This document shows positions 11,562 to 21,465 of a stretch of DNA of 60,608 nt, one piece after another. How positions within the stretch are numbered: position 1 is the stretch's first letter; each line of letters begins with the position of its first letter. The stretch comes from Rhodoferax sp. (GTDB taxonomy: Bacteria > Pseudomonadota > Gammaproteobacteria > Burkholderiales > Burkholderiaceae_C): contig JANMKM010000409.1 of assembly GCA_031372035.1 (NCBI GenBank), forward strand, positions 1 through 60,608, in the 5' to 3' direction. The notes under the pieces were generated by a model. That model had not been told where the DNA came from. It did no database searches and was given only the letters and a program-made list of their open reading frames with translations. A program made the position numbers and the translations under genes.

Positions 11562-13142
11562 ATGGCGGATCGAACACCTACCGAGCTGGCACGGGAAACC
11601 GTGAAGCTCCTGACGGCCAGAAAGCTGGCCCCCACACCGGACAACTACCGATCGATCTATCACGAGATCAACGGCACCACGCCGCTGCCGGCGTTTCCCT
11701 ATGACGAGCTGATGCAAATCGCCCGCGCGCTGCCGGCCAAGACACCGGGGCAACAGAAGCAGCGCGGCCTGCTGGAATATGCCGTCGGCCAGATGAGCTG
11801 GCTAGCCGTGCGCAATGCCTTGACCGCCTATGGTCGCTTCACGCCGCCGCCATCCGGCGAGGTGGCCGCCGCCGCGCCGCGTGCCGCTTCTGCACCGGTG
11901 GTGGAACCTGGCCCCGTGGCTGTGCCCCTGGCCAGTGCTGCGGCGCCGGCCCTGACCTTTGACTTCATGGAGCAGATTGCGCGGCTGGTGGAGTACGTCA
12001 GCCCGGCGCTGGGTTCTGACGACGCCCGTTTTACCGAGCAGACCCAGGAACTGCTGCGTGCCATTCGCATGCCCGACGGTGATGTGCTGCAGATCAAGCA
12101 GCAGCTGGCCACGTTCGGCCACCGGGTGTCGTTTGCCGCCGAAGAACAGGTGGAGATCAAGAAGACGCTGCTGGACCTGCTGCACCTGATCATGCTGAAC
12201 ATCGGGCAGCTCAGCCTGGAAGACCATTGGCTCAAGGGCCAGATCGACGCCCTGATCGAAGCTGCCACGCCACCGATCACCTTGCGCCGGCTCGACGAAG
12301 TGGACCGGCGCCTGAAGGACGTGATCTTCAAGCAGGCCGAGGCCAAGAGCCGGGCGCTGGAGGCGCAGGAAGAAATGCGCACCATGCTTGCGACTTTCAT
12401 CGAGCGGCTGGCACAGGTGAGCGAGGCCACCGGCACATTTCATGAAAAAATGGAGGAGAGCGCCCGTTTGATCGAGCAGGCGCGAACGCTGACCGAAATC
12501 ACGCCAGTGCTCAAGGAGGTGGTGGGCGCTACCCGCAGCATTGCCCAGGAGACCCGGGGCGCGCGCGACGAGCTGCGCGGCATGCGCGAGAAGGCGGAGC
12601 TGACCGACGCCCAGATTGCCAAGCTGCATGTCGAGCTGGACCGCGTCAGCGCCCTGGCGCGGCACGACCCATTGACGGGTGCGCTGAACCGCAAGGGCCT
12701 GGACGAGGCGGTGGAGCGCGAGGTCAAGACCTTCAGGCGCAAAGAGACGCCGCTGTGCGTGGCGCTGCTCGACATCGACAACTTCAAGCTTATCAACGAC
12801 GAACTGGGCCATGCCACAGGTGACGCTGCGCTGGCACATCTGGCCGAAGTGGCGCGCCAGTGCATGCGGCCGCAGGACACGCTGGCGCGCTATGGCGGCG
12901 AGGAGTTCGTGATCCTGTTACCGGATACACCGCTGGAGCGGGCAGTGGACGCCATGACCCGGTTGCAACGCGAGCTGACCAAGCGCATTTTCCTGACGGG
13001 TGAGGACAAAGTGCTTATCACCTTCAGCGCCGGGGTGGCCCAGCTGGCCAATGACGAGAGCGGTGCCGCGGCGATCAAGCGCGCCGACCAGGCGATGTAC
13101 CTGGCCAAGCGGGCCGGCAAGAACCGGGTGCTGGGCGTATGA
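11562..13142 (+). CDS. Diguanylate cyclase (GGDEF) with helical N-terminal region
   Basis: HDPLTGALNR, DIDNFK, RPQD I-site and RYGGEEF, ADQAMY. Confidence 0.95.
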   Translation: MADRTPTELARETVKLLTARKLAPTPDNYRSIYHEINGTTPLPAFPYDELMQIARALPAKTPGQQKQRGLLEYAVGQMSWLAVRNALTAYGRFTPPPSGEVAAAAPRAASAPVVEPGPVAVPLASAAAPALTFDFMEQIARLVEYVSPALGSDDARFTEQTQELLRAIRMPDGDVLQIKQQLATFGHRVSFAAEEQVEIKKTLLDLLHLIMLNIGQLSLEDHWLKGQIDALIEAATPPITLRRLDEVDRRLKDVIFKQAEAKSRALEAQEEMRTMLATFIERLAQVSEATGTFHEKMEESARLIEQARTLTEITPVLKEVVGATRSIAQETRGARDELRGMREKAELTDAQIAKLHVELDRVSALARHDPLTGALNRKGLDEAVEREVKTFRRKETPLCVALLDIDNFKLINDELGHATGDAALAHLAEVARQCMRPQDTLARYGGEEFVILLPDTPLERAVDAMTRLQRELTKRIFLTGEDKVLITFSAGVAQLANDESGAAAIKRADQAMYLAKRAGKNRVLGV

Positions 13143-13170
13143 CAGTGCACGGGAGCAAGGAGATGGCGCG

Positions 13171-13749
13171 ATGACGGTACTGCTGCTGGGCCTGGTGATC
13201 TTTCTGGGTGTGCATTCGGTGCGCATCGTGGCGGACGGGTGGCGCACGCAGACCATTGCGCGCATCGGCGCCGGGCCCTGGAAGGGGCTGTATTCGCTGT
13301 TGTCGGTGCTGGGTTTCGGCCTGATGCTGTGGGGCTACAGCCTGGCCCGGGCAGAACCGCTGGTGCTGTGGCAGCCGCCGGTCGGCATGCGGCACCTGGC
13401 CGCCTTGCTGGTGCTGCTGGCCTTCATCCTGCTGGCGGCCACCTACGTGCCGGGCAATCTGCTGAAGGCCCGGCTGCACCACCCGATGGTGCTGGCGATC
13501 AAGACCTGGGCTCTGGCGCACCTGCTGGCCCATGGCCGGCTGCCGGGCGTGCTGCTGTTTGGCGCATTCCTGGCCTGGGCCGTGCTGAACTTCATTGCGG
13601 CGCGCCGGCGAGATCGTGCCGCCAATACCGTTTATCCGCCGGGCCGGATTGGGCCGACGGTAGTGACGGTGCTGGTGGGTGGAGCGGCCTGGGCGATGTT
13701 TGCGTTCTGGTTGCATGGGGCCTGGATCGGCATCCGGCCGCTGGGCTGA
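13171..13749 (+). CDS. NnrU family membrane protein
   Basis: LGLVIFLGVHS...HHPMVLAIKTWALAHLLAHG. Confidence 0.88.
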   Translation: MTVLLLGLVIFLGVHSVRIVADGWRTQTIARIGAGPWKGLYSLLSVLGFGLMLWGYSLARAEPLVLWQPPVGMRHLAALLVLLAFILLAATYVPGNLLKARLHHPMVLAIKTWALAHLLAHGRLPGVLLFGAFLAWAVLNFIAARRRDRAANTVYPPGRIGPTVVTVLVGGAAWAMFAFWLHGAWIGIRPLG

Positions 13750-13750
13750 T

Positions 13751-13867
13751 CGCAATACGCAGCGACAAGCGTGGGGGCCAGTGAGCGCCGCCGGGCCGCC
13801 CCAAGGCGCGAAGACCGCCTCGGGGGGCAGCGCAGTACGCGCAGCGACAAGCGTAGGGGCCAGTAAG
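13751..13867 (+). repeat. Composite ~82-bp intergenic repeat (REP/MITE-like) with terminal direct repeats
   Basis: gcagcgacaagcgtRggggccagtRag occurs at 13759 and 13841, flanking gccgccgggccgccccaaggcgcgaagaccgcctcggggggcagcgcag. Confidence 0.7.
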
Positions 13868-13908
13868 TGCCGCGCATAATGACGGCCACACTGCAACCAG
13901 GAATCGCC

Positions 13909-14274
13909 ATGCCCCGCCCCATCCTTGATGAGACCCTGATCCACCCGGCGATCCGCGAAAAGATCTCCGGCCACCAAAGCGCCATTGTGCGCGAGGTGCA
14001 GGCAGCCGTGGCAACGCATCCGGTGGTGGTGGTCGGTATGGGCATGAACCCGTTCCCGAAGAAGGCTCGCCGTTTGCTGAGCGAAGCCGGCATTGCCTAC
14101 CACTACCTGGAATACGGCAATTACCTCAACACCTGGCGCCAGCGCAATGCGCTGAAGATGTGGACCGGATGGCCCACCATGCCGATGGTGTTCGTCAAAG
14201 GCATGCTGGTTGGCGGAGCCGACGATCTGGCGCGGCTGAACACCAGTGGGGAGCTGAAAAAGATACTGGCCTGA
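13909..14274 (+). CDS. Glutaredoxin-like protein (cysteine-free)
   Basis: WTGWPTMPMVFVKGMLVGGADD Grx motif; CxxS replaced by NPFP. Confidence 0.85.
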   Translation: MPRPILDETLIHPAIREKISGHQSAIVREVQAAVATHPVVVVGMGMNPFPKKARRLLSEAGIAYHYLEYGNYLNTWRQRNALKMWTGWPTMPMVFVKGMLVGGADDLARLNTSGELKKILA

Positions 14275-14298
14275 GCCGGGCTGCCGGGTCAGGCCAGT
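14265..14298. terminator. Hairpin between convergent genes
   Basis: ACTGGCCTGAGCCGG-GCTG-CCGGGTCAGGCCAGT, one mismatch, no clear U-tract. Confidence 0.45.
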
Positions 14299-14335
14299 GC
14301 TGGCCGGCCCGTGTGGGCCGGTGTGCTTGCGAGGC

Positions 14336-14866
14336 TCAATGCATGCCGGGTCCGCCGTGCATCCGGCCCATGCCGTGCATGCGCCGCTCCTGCATGCGCT
14401 TGTGTTCAATGTCAAACACCTTCTGCTGTTCAGGCGACAGCACTGCATAGAACGACTTCACGGCCGCGCCCATGCGGTCCATCTCGGCCGACATCTTGGT
14501 GTGTCGCTCGGTGCGCAGGGCGCGCATCCGGTCCATGCGTTCCGGCGTGCTGAGCTTGTCCATTTCGGCGCGCATCTTCTCGCGCTCCTCGGGGCTGCGG
14601 CGCATGCCCATAGCCACTGGCGGGCGCATGGAGCCGGTGAAGGCGGTCCAGGCCGACTCCTGGGCTGGTGTGATGCGCAGCAGCACCTTCAGGTCGGCCA
14701 TGTGCTTGGCGACGCGTTGCTGCATGCGCTCCTGCATCTTGGCCGGATCGCCGTGCTGCATGCCGTGGCCCGGCGGCGGTGCCGGTGGAGCGGGTTGGGC
14801 CGTTGCGGCAAATCCGATGCAGGCCAGCAGGCTGGCGGCGGCCACGCGTTTGATACTGTGTTTCAT
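14336..14866 (-). CDS. Spy/CpxP (LTXXQ) periplasmic chaperone
   Basis: Signal peptide; ITPAQ and LSPEQQ motifs; Met-rich. Confidence 0.9.
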   Translation of the reverse strand: MKHSIKRVAAASLLACIGFAATAQPAPPAPPPGHGMQHGDPAKMQERMQQRVAKHMADLKVLLRITPAQESAWTAFTGSMRPPVAMGMRRSPEEREKMRAEMDKLSTPERMDRMRALRTERHTKMSAEMDRMGAAVKSFYAVLSPEQQKVFDIEHKRMQERRMHGMGRMHGGPGMH

Positions 14867-14980
14867 GGTTGCTTCCTTTCAAGGAGAAGAAGCCTGCGCC
14901 GGAAATGGCCTTCAGGGTGAAGACAAGTGTGGGCTGGCAGTGTATCGCCCGGATTGCGCCAGCACATCGTTTTGTAAAGT

Positions 14981-15850
14981 TCAGGCCAAGGTGCCTCGGT
15001 TGTAGTCTTCCACGGCCTGGATCAGCTCGGCGCGGGTGTTCATGACGAAGGGGCCGTACTGGGCGATGGGTTCGCGCAGTGGTTTGCCGGCGACCAGCAG
15101 CGCGCGTGCGTTGTCGCTGGCGCGCATGCGCACGCCGTCGCCCTGGTTTGCCAACAGAGCCATGCGCTGGCGCGGTACACCGGTAGCCGCGCCGTTGGCG
15201 TCCAGCACATTGACGCTGCCGCGGTAGACGTAGATGAAGGCGTTGTGATCCGGTGGCAGTGGCTGCCCGAAGCTGGCCGCGCCGTCGGGGAAATGCAGGT
15301 CCAGGTACAGGGGTTCGGTGTCTTCGCGCTGCATGGCGCCAGCCGTGCCGTGGCTGGTACCGGCAATCACGCGCAGCAGCACGCCCTGGTCGGTGGTCAG
15401 CTCTGGAATCTCGTTGCTCTGAATATCGCGGTACCAGGGCGGGCACATCTTGCTCTTGCCGGGCAGGTTGAGCCAGAGCTGAAAGCCCTCCATCACGCCC
15501 TGCTCCTGCTCCGGCATTTCGCTGTGGATCACGCCGCGCCCGGCCGTCATCCACTGCACGCCACCGTTGGAGATCAGGCCCTCGTGGCCGGCGCTGTCGC
15601 GGTGCCGCATGCGGCCCGAGAGCATATAGCTCACGGTCTCGAAGCCGCGGTGTGGGTGGCTGGGAAAGCCGGCGCCGTAGTCCTTCGGGTCGTCGCTGGC
15701 GAAGCTGTCGAGCATCAGGAAGGGGTCCAGACGCTGCTGCAGGTCCTGCGTCAGAACCCGCGTGAGCTTGACGCCGGCACCGTCGCTGGTGGGTTGGCCA
15801 ACGACGATGCGCTCGACAGCCCGCGGGTTGTGGACTGCGGAGCTGTTCAT
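14981..15850 (-). CDS. Pirin family protein
   Basis: DPFLMLD, HPHRGFETV, GRGVIHSE, GPFVMNT. Confidence 0.95.
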   Translation of the reverse strand: MNSSAVHNPRAVERIVVGQPTSDGAGVKLTRVLTQDLQQRLDPFLMLDSFASDDPKDYGAGFPSHPHRGFETVSYMLSGRMRHRDSAGHEGLISNGGVQWMTAGRGVIHSEMPEQEQGVMEGFQLWLNLPGKSKMCPPWYRDIQSNEIPELTTDQGVLLRVIAGTSHGTAGAMQREDTEPLYLDLHFPDGAASFGQPLPPDHNAFIYVYRGSVNVLDANGAATGVPRQRMALLANQGDGVRMRASDNARALLVAGKPLREPIAQYGPFVMNTRAELIQAVEDYNRGTLA

Positions 15851-15857
15851 GGCCGGA

Positions 15858-16991
15858 TTACAGCACTTCGGCGACGGCCTCGGTCACCATCTGGTCCAAC
15901 GCCGGGTAGTCGGTATAGCCCTGTTCCTGGCCGCCGTAGAACGTGGTGCGGTCCGGGGCATTGAGTGCTGAGCCGTCGCGTAGCCGGCGCACCAGGTCCG
16001 GGTTGGCAATGAACAGCTTGCCGAAGGCAACCAGGTCGGCGCCGTCGTGCACGGCCTGATCTGCCAGGGTCCGGTCGTAGCCGTTGTTCACCATCCAGGC
16101 TGCGCTGCCACCTGCATTGCGGAACGCGCTCTTGAGTGCCGGGTAGTCAAAGGGCCGGTCGGGCAGATCCCGGAGCCCGCCAGTGGCGCCTTCAATGATG
16201 TGCAGGTAGGCCAGGCCCAGTGGCGCGAGCTGGCGCACCAAGTACTCAAACAGCGGTTGCGGCTCGGCGTCAAGAACGTCGTTGGCGGGTGTGACCGGTG
16301 ACAGGCGCAGGCCTACGCGGTCGGCGCCGATCTCGGCGCAGATGACCTGCATGACCTCCAGCAGCAGCCGGATACGGTTCTCGATGCTGCCACCATAGGC
16401 GTCGCTGCGCTGGTTCGAACCACGCTTGAGGAACTGGTCCAGCAGGTAGCCGTTGGCACCGTGGACCTCCAAGCCGTCGAAACCGGCAGCGATGGCCGCG
16501 CACGCGGCGAGCCGGTAGTCGTTCACGATGCCGGGCAGCTCGGACAGCTCCAGAGCCCTTGGCGCCGATGTTTCCACGAAAGTAGGCACTCCCTGTTCGA
16601 TGAGCACGGTCTTGGTCTTGGCGGTGATGGCGGAGGGAGCCACTGGGGCCTGGCCACCGGGCTGCAGGCTGGTGTGTGATACCCGGCCCACGTGCCAGAG
16701 CTGGACCACGATCTTGCCGCCCTGGGCATGGACGGCATCGGTGATGCGGCGCCAACCGGCAATGTGTTCAGGTGCATACAGGCCCGGCACGTCGGCATAA
16801 CCCTGACCCTGGTGGCTGATGGCGGTGGCCTCCGTGATCAGCAACCCGGCGCTGGCACGCTGGCTGTAGTAGGTGGCCATCAGCGGCGTCGGCACGGCGC
16901 CGGGCGCGCGGTTGCGCGTCAGCGGTGCCATGACGATGCGGTTGGAAAGGTGCAAGGCGCCGGCGCGCACGGGGTCAAACAATGTGGGCAT
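15858..16991 (-). CDS. nemA: Old yellow enzyme / alkene reductase (NemA-like)
   Basis: NRIVMAPLTRNRA, QLWHVGR, EVHGANGYLLDQF, GYTDYP. Confidence 0.92.
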   Translation of the reverse strand: MPTLFDPVRAGALHLSNRIVMAPLTRNRAPGAVPTPLMATYYSQRASAGLLITEATAISHQGQGYADVPGLYAPEHIAGWRRITDAVHAQGGKIVVQLWHVGRVSHTSLQPGGQAPVAPSAITAKTKTVLIEQGVPTFVETSAPRALELSELPGIVNDYRLAACAAIAAGFDGLEVHGANGYLLDQFLKRGSNQRSDAYGGSIENRIRLLLEVMQVICAEIGADRVGLRLSPVTPANDVLDAEPQPLFEYLVRQLAPLGLAYLHIIEGATGGLRDLPDRPFDYPALKSAFRNAGGSAAWMVNNGYDRTLADQAVHDGADLVAFGKLFIANPDLVRRLRDGSALNAPDRTTFYGGQEQGYTDYPALDQMVTEAVAEVL

Positions 16992-17007
16992 GGGGGGCAT
17001 CAGCACA

Positions 17008-17616
17008 CTACTTCAGCAAACCTTCGGCGCGCATGGCTTCCTGCACTGCGGGCCGTGCCAACATCCGCTCGCGGAATGCGCCCAGGTTGCTCAAGCCCGA
17101 GATGTCGATACCCACGCGTGGCGCCCAATTGCTGACAGTGAACAGGTAGCCATCGGCCACTGTGAAACTGTCACCCATCAGGTACTGCTTTCCGGCAAGT
17201 TGGCCGTCCACCCACTGCAGGCGAGAGCTCAGGCGGTCCTTGACGACAGTCTTGTATTCTTCCGGCGTGGCCGGATTGAACAGGGGGCTGAAGCCTTTGT
17301 GCAACTCGGTGCCGACGAAGGTCAGCCAGGATTGCATCTTGTAGCGCGCCAGTGTGCCGTTGGCCGGCGCCAAGCTCTTGGCCGGAACCTGGTCAGCGAT
17401 GTATTGCACGATGGCAGGGCCTTCCGTGAGGCGGGTGCCATCATCGAGTTCCAGCAGCGGCACGTAGCCCAGCGGATTGATGGTGTAGTAGTCAGTGCCG
17501 TCTGCCAGGGCGTGGGTCTTGGTGGATGCCATCACGGCTTCAAATGGCAGGCCGGACTCCTTGAGTGCGATATGCGGAGACAGTGAACAGGCGCCGGGGG
17601 AGTAATACAGCTTCAT
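17008..17616 (-). CDS. gstA: Glutathione S-transferase, beta class
   Basis: MKLYYSPGACSLSPHI, GYVPLL, TELHKGF. Confidence 0.93.
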   Translation of the reverse strand: MKLYYSPGACSLSPHIALKESGLPFEAVMASTKTHALADGTDYYTINPLGYVPLLELDDGTRLTEGPAIVQYIADQVPAKSLAPANGTLARYKMQSWLTFVGTELHKGFSPLFNPATPEEYKTVVKDRLSSRLQWVDGQLAGKQYLMGDSFTVADGYLFTVSNWAPRVGIDISGLSNLGAFRERMLARPAVQEAMRAEGLLK

Positions 17617-17751
17617 CGGAATCTCCAGAGTGTTGTGTTGCATGCCGGGTGGCATGCGGCGATGCTAGCCGCTGGTGGCATTTCATGTTGGCGGGGCCGC
17701 AATGGCCCGGCTGCTGCCCCCGCAGCCCCTGCTGCGCTGTGCCCTGGCGCG

Positions 17752-18015
17752 TCAATTGCGGGCTGGCGCGGTTTGCTGCTCCAACTGCGCCAGCCAACGC
17801 ATGGCCTGGTTGCTGGAGTCCGTGCACATCTCGATCGAGGCCTGCAAGCCAGAGCAACATGCCGGGCGCGAAGCCTGACCGAAGATGGCACACAGGTTGT
17901 CTGCAGTGAGCTGTACGCAGCGCACGCCAGCTGGTTTGCCCGCGGGCATGCCAGGGATAGGGCTGGAGATGGAGGGCGCGATGCAGCAGGCGCCACAGTC
18001 CGGGCGGCAGTTCAT
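17752..18015 (-). CDS. YkgJ family cysteine-cluster protein
   Basis: [21 protein letters not shown]...RPACC. Confidence 0.9.
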   Translation of the reverse strand: MNCRPDCGACCIAPSISSPIPGMPAGKPAGVRCVQLTADNLCAIFGQASRPACCSGLQASIEMCTDSSNQAMRWLAQLEQQTAPARN

Positions 18016-18030
18016 GCTGGGTTCCGAAAC

Positions 18031-18085
18031 ACTATGAAAACAGGAGCGTTTCGTGCTTTATCCATGCGCCTACAGCCTGTCTCTT
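18031..18085 (-). repeat. Degenerate ~55-bp dispersed intergenic repeat, copy B
   Basis: Reverse complement agacaggctgtaggcgcatggataaagcacgaaacgctcctgttttcatagt aligns with copy A. Confidence 0.6.
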
Positions 18086-18097
18086 TGAAAACCGAGG

Positions 18098-18679
18098 TCA
18101 AACCGGAGCCAGCCGAGCACCCGCCCAGAGCACCTGGTCGATCACGGCCTGCACGCTCTTGCGCGCCCTGACATCCAGCAGACCGCCTTGTGGATCGAAG
18201 GCATCGGCAGCGCGGCCCAGGGCGAAATTCTTCGGTGCCACCCAGCACTCCAGGTTCAGCAGCAGCGGTACCAGATGGCTTTGTGAGCGCAGTCCACCCA
18301 GGGCGCCGGGCGAGGCGCTGAGCACGCCCACCACCTTGCCACGTGAGGACTTGAAGCCATCAAGCCAGGCCGGGTCGGTCTTGACCGGGCTGGAAACCCA
18401 GTCCAGCGTATTCTTCACCAGTGCCGGGTAGCTGGCGTTGTATTCGGGGGTGCAGATGATCCAGGCCGGGTGCTCGTGCATCAAGGTTTTGAGTCGGATC
18501 ACGTCGGCCGGTGTGCCGCGCGCCTCCAGGTCGGCGTTGTACATGGGGATGTCGAAGTCGGCCAGCTCAATGTGGGTGACTTCCGCGCCGCTGGTACGGG
18601 CCATGGCGGCGGTGACATGGGCCAGTTTGCGGTTCCAGGAGTTGATGCGGGTGCTGCCGGCAAAGATCAGAAGTTTCAT
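18098..18679 (-). CDS. NADPH-dependent FMN reductase (ChrR/SsuE-like)
   Basis: FAGSTRINSWN, TPEYNAS, SASPGALGGLR. Confidence 0.92.
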   Translation of the reverse strand: MKLLIFAGSTRINSWNRKLAHVTAAMARTSGAEVTHIELADFDIPMYNADLEARGTPADVIRLKTLMHEHPAWIICTPEYNASYPALVKNTLDWVSSPVKTDPAWLDGFKSSRGKVVGVLSASPGALGGLRSQSHLVPLLLNLECWVAPKNFALGRAADAFDPQGGLLDVRARKSVQAVIDQVLWAGARLAPV

Positions 18680-18771
18680 GGGATCGATTGCAACACAGCC
18701 GGTAACCGGGTGCATTCCGGAGTCGCAGCGAAAGGCTGGACAATGGCAGGGGCATTGGCGCGGAGTTAAAA

Positions 18772-18799
18772 TGTACAAAATATTAATTTTTGTACAAAA
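18772..18799. promoter_or_regulatory. TA operator: paired TGTACA palindromes
   Basis: TGTACAAAA-TATTAAT-TTTTGTACA directly before the antitoxin start; the TGTACA core is as in YefM-type operators. Confidence 0.75.
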
Positions 18800-19047
18800 T
18801 GCATATTCTTCCTTTGAGCGAGTTCCGCGCCAACGCGTCCGCCATGCTGGACCTGGTGGAGCAGGGTGAAACCGTGCGCATCATGCGCCATGGCAAGCCG
18901 GTGGCCGACCTGGTGCCGGTGGTGGCAGGCGCACCCGAAGCGGTGCCCAGCTGGAAGCAACCCTTTGAGCCGCTGCACATTGCCTGGCCGCCTGGCATGT
19001 CGGGCGCGAAGATGATCATTGAAGAGCGCGAGAACGCGCGCTATTGA
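18799..19047 (+). CDS. Phd/YefM family antitoxin
   Basis: LSEFRANASAMLDLVEQGETVRIMRHGKPVADLVP. Confidence 0.9.
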   Translation: MHILPLSEFRANASAMLDLVEQGETVRIMRHGKPVADLVPVVAGAPEAVPSWKQPFEPLHIAWPPGMSGAKMIIEERENARY

Positions 19048-19055
19048 GGCCCAGG

Positions 19056-19478
19056 ATGCGGATTGCTTTTGACAGCTCAGCCGTATTCAAGCGCTATAGC
19101 AGCGAGGCCGGGCGCGACCAGGTGCAGGCCGCGTTTGCCCGGGCCAAACTGGTGAGCGTGGCGCCGCATTTGCGCCTGGAAATTCTGACCAGTGCCAGCC
19201 GTTTGCTGCGGGACCAGTTGATTGATGCTGCGGCCTACCAGTGGATGCAGCAGCGGCTGGCGGCAGACATGAGCGGTTGGGATGTGCAACCATTTTCGCG
19301 TGCGGTCGAAGACGCCAGCCTGCGCGCCGCCAACGCAGCCCGGGTGCGCGCCATGGACGCCTTGCACGTGGGTGCGGCGCTGGTGGCTCGGGTCGACCTG
19401 TTCGTCACAGCGGACCGGCGCCAGGCCGAGGCCGCGCAGGCGCTGAACTTGCCGACCGAATTGGTCGCCGCTGTTTGA
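19056..19478 (+). CDS. vapC: VapC-type PIN domain toxin
   Basis: [25 protein letters not shown] acidic PIN residues; lies directly after the antitoxin. Confidence 0.88.
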   Translation: MRIAFDSSAVFKRYSSEAGRDQVQAAFARAKLVSVAPHLRLEILTSASRLLRDQLIDAAAYQWMQQRLAADMSGWDVQPFSRAVEDASLRAANAARVRAMDALHVGAALVARVDLFVTADRRQAEAAQALNLPTELVAAV

Positions 19479-19485
19479 GATTGTC

Positions 19486-21465
19486 ATGCTGTACGCACAA
19501 GAATTTGACGTGATCGTTGTCGGCGGCGGCCATGCCGGTACCGAGGCTGCTCTGGCCAGCGCCCGCATGGGCTGCAAGACGCTGCTGCTGACCCACAACA
19601 TCGAGACCCTGGGCCAGATGAGTTGCAACCCGTCGATCGGCGGCATCGGCAAGGGGCACCTGGTGAAGGAGGTGGATGCCCTGGGCGGCGCCATGGCGCT
19701 GGCCACGGACGAGGCCGGGATCCAGTTCCGGATTCTCAATTCCAGCAAGGGGCCGGCAGTGCGCGCCACCCGGGCCCAGGCCGACCGGGTGCTGTACAAG
19801 GCAGCGATCCGGCGCATGCTGGAAAACCAGCCGAAGCTGTGGCTGTTCCAGCAGGCGGTGGATGACCTGATGATTGAGGGCGACCGGGTGGTGGGCGCCG
19901 TGACCCAGGTGGGCATCCGCTTTCGCAGTCGCACTGTCGTGCTGACCGCCGGTACTTTTCTGGATGGCAAGATCCATGTGGGCTTGGACAACTACGCCGC
20001 CGGCCGCGCCGGTGACCCGCCGGCGATTTCGCTGTCGGCACGGCTCAAGGAGCTGAAACTGCCGCAGGGCCGGCTGAAGACCGGCACGCCGCCACGGCTG
20101 GATGGCCGCAGCATTGACTACACCCGCTGCACCGAGCAGCCGGGTGATGGCATGCCGGGTGGTGAGGGCAGCAGCGTGCCGGTGTTCAGCTTCATGGGCG
20201 GCAGCGCCATGCATCCGCGCCAACTGCCATGCTGGATCACTCACACCAACGCCCGCACGCACGCGATCATCCGCTCCGGCTTTGACCGCAGCCCGATGTT
20301 CACCGGCAAGATCGATGGCGTAGGACCGCGTTATTGCCCCAGCGTCGAAGACAAGGTGAACCGCTTTGCCGACAAGGAAAGCCACCAGATCTTCCTGGAA
20401 CCGGAGGGCTTGACCACGCATGAAGTCTATCCCAATGGCATCTCCACCAGCCTGCCGTTTGACGTGCAGTACGAGCTGGTGCGCTCGATGCCGGGGCTGG
20501 AGAACGCCCACATTCTGCGCCCCGGCTATGCGATCGAATACGACTACTTCGACCCGACGGCGCTGAAGAGCAGCTTCGAGACCCGCGCCATTGGTGGCCT
20601 GTTCTTCGCCGGCCAGATCAACGGCACCACTGGGTACGAAGAGGCGGCGGCCCAGGGCCTGTTTGCCGGCATCAATGCCGCTTTGCAATGCCGGGAAGAG
20701 GAAGCGTGGCTGCCCGGGCGCGATCAGGCCTATCTGGGCGTGCTGGTGGATGACCTGATCACCAAGGGGGTGAGCGAGCCCTACCGCATGTTCACCAGCC
20801 GGGCAGAGTTCCGGTTGCAGCTGCGCGAGGACAACGCCGATATGCGCCTGACGGAAGCCGGTCGCAAGCTCGGGCTGGTGGATGACACGCGCTGGGATGC
20901 TTTCAGCCGCAAACGCGACGCTGTTTCACGTGAAACAGAACGGCTGCGTTCGATCTGGGTCAGCCCCAGGAACTTGGAAGCTGCCGAATCTGTACGGGTG
21001 CTGGGCAAGGCGATCGAGCATGAGTACAGCCTGGCGGATCTGCTGTGCCGGCCCGACGTGTCCTATGCCGGCCTGATGTCGCTGGACGGAGGACGCCATG
21101 CCAATCCGGAGCTGGACCCCGCTGGCGCAGACGGACTGTTCGTGGCTGCTGTGCTGGAGCAGCTGGATATTGCCGCCAAGTACTCTGGCTACATCAACCG
21201 CCAACGCGACGAGGTGCAGCGCGCGGCGCACTACGAGCACATGAAGCTGCCACCGGACCTGGACTACAGCCAGATTCCGGCCTTGGGTTTTGAGGTGCGT
21301 CAACGGCTACAACAGCACCGACCCGAAACCCTGGGGCTGGCTTCGCGTATTTCCGGTGTTACGCCGGCCGCCATCTCCCTGCTGCTGGTGCACCTCAAGC
21401 GCAGCCGCTGGAAAGCAGATGCTGTAGCCAACAGCCCGACGGCCACACTGGATACCGCGTCCTGA
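19486..21465 (+). CDS. mnmG: tRNA uridine-5-carboxymethylaminomethyl modification enzyme
   Basis: [44 protein letters not shown]. Confidence 0.99.
   Translation: MLYAQEFDVIVVGGGHAGTEAALASARMGCKTLLLTHNIETLGQMSCNPSIGGIGKGHLVKEVDALGGAMALATDEAGIQFRILNSSKGPAVRATRAQADRVLYKAAIRRMLENQPKLWLFQQAVDDLMIEGDRVVGAVTQVGIRFRSRTVVLTAGTFLDGKIHVGLDNYAAGRAGDPPAISLSARLKELKLPQGRLKTGTPPRLDGRSIDYTRCTEQPGDGMPGGEGSSVPVFSFMGGSAMHPRQLPCWITHTNARTHAIIRSGFDRSPMFTGKIDGVGPRYCPSVEDKVNRFADKESHQIFLEPEGLTTHEVYPNGISTSLPFDVQYELVRSMPGLENAHILRPGYAIEYDYFDPTALKSSFETRAIGGLFFAGQINGTTGYEEAAAQGLFAGINAALQCREEEAWLPGRDQAYLGVLVDDLITKGVSEPYRMFTSRAEFRLQLREDNADMRLTEAGRKLGLVDDTRWDAFSRKRDAVSRETERLRSIWVSPRNLEAAESVRVLGKAIEHEYSLADLLCRPDVSYAGLMSLDGGRHANPELDPAGADGLFVAAVLEQLDIAAKYSGYINRQRDEVQRAAHYEHMKLPPDLDYSQIPALGFEVRQRLQQHRPETLGLASRISGVTPAAISLLLVHLKRSRWKADAVANSPTATLDTAS
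20922..20937. promoter_or_regulatory. parS centromere site (perfect)
   Basis: TGTTTCACGTGAAACA inside mnmG. Confidence 0.95.
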
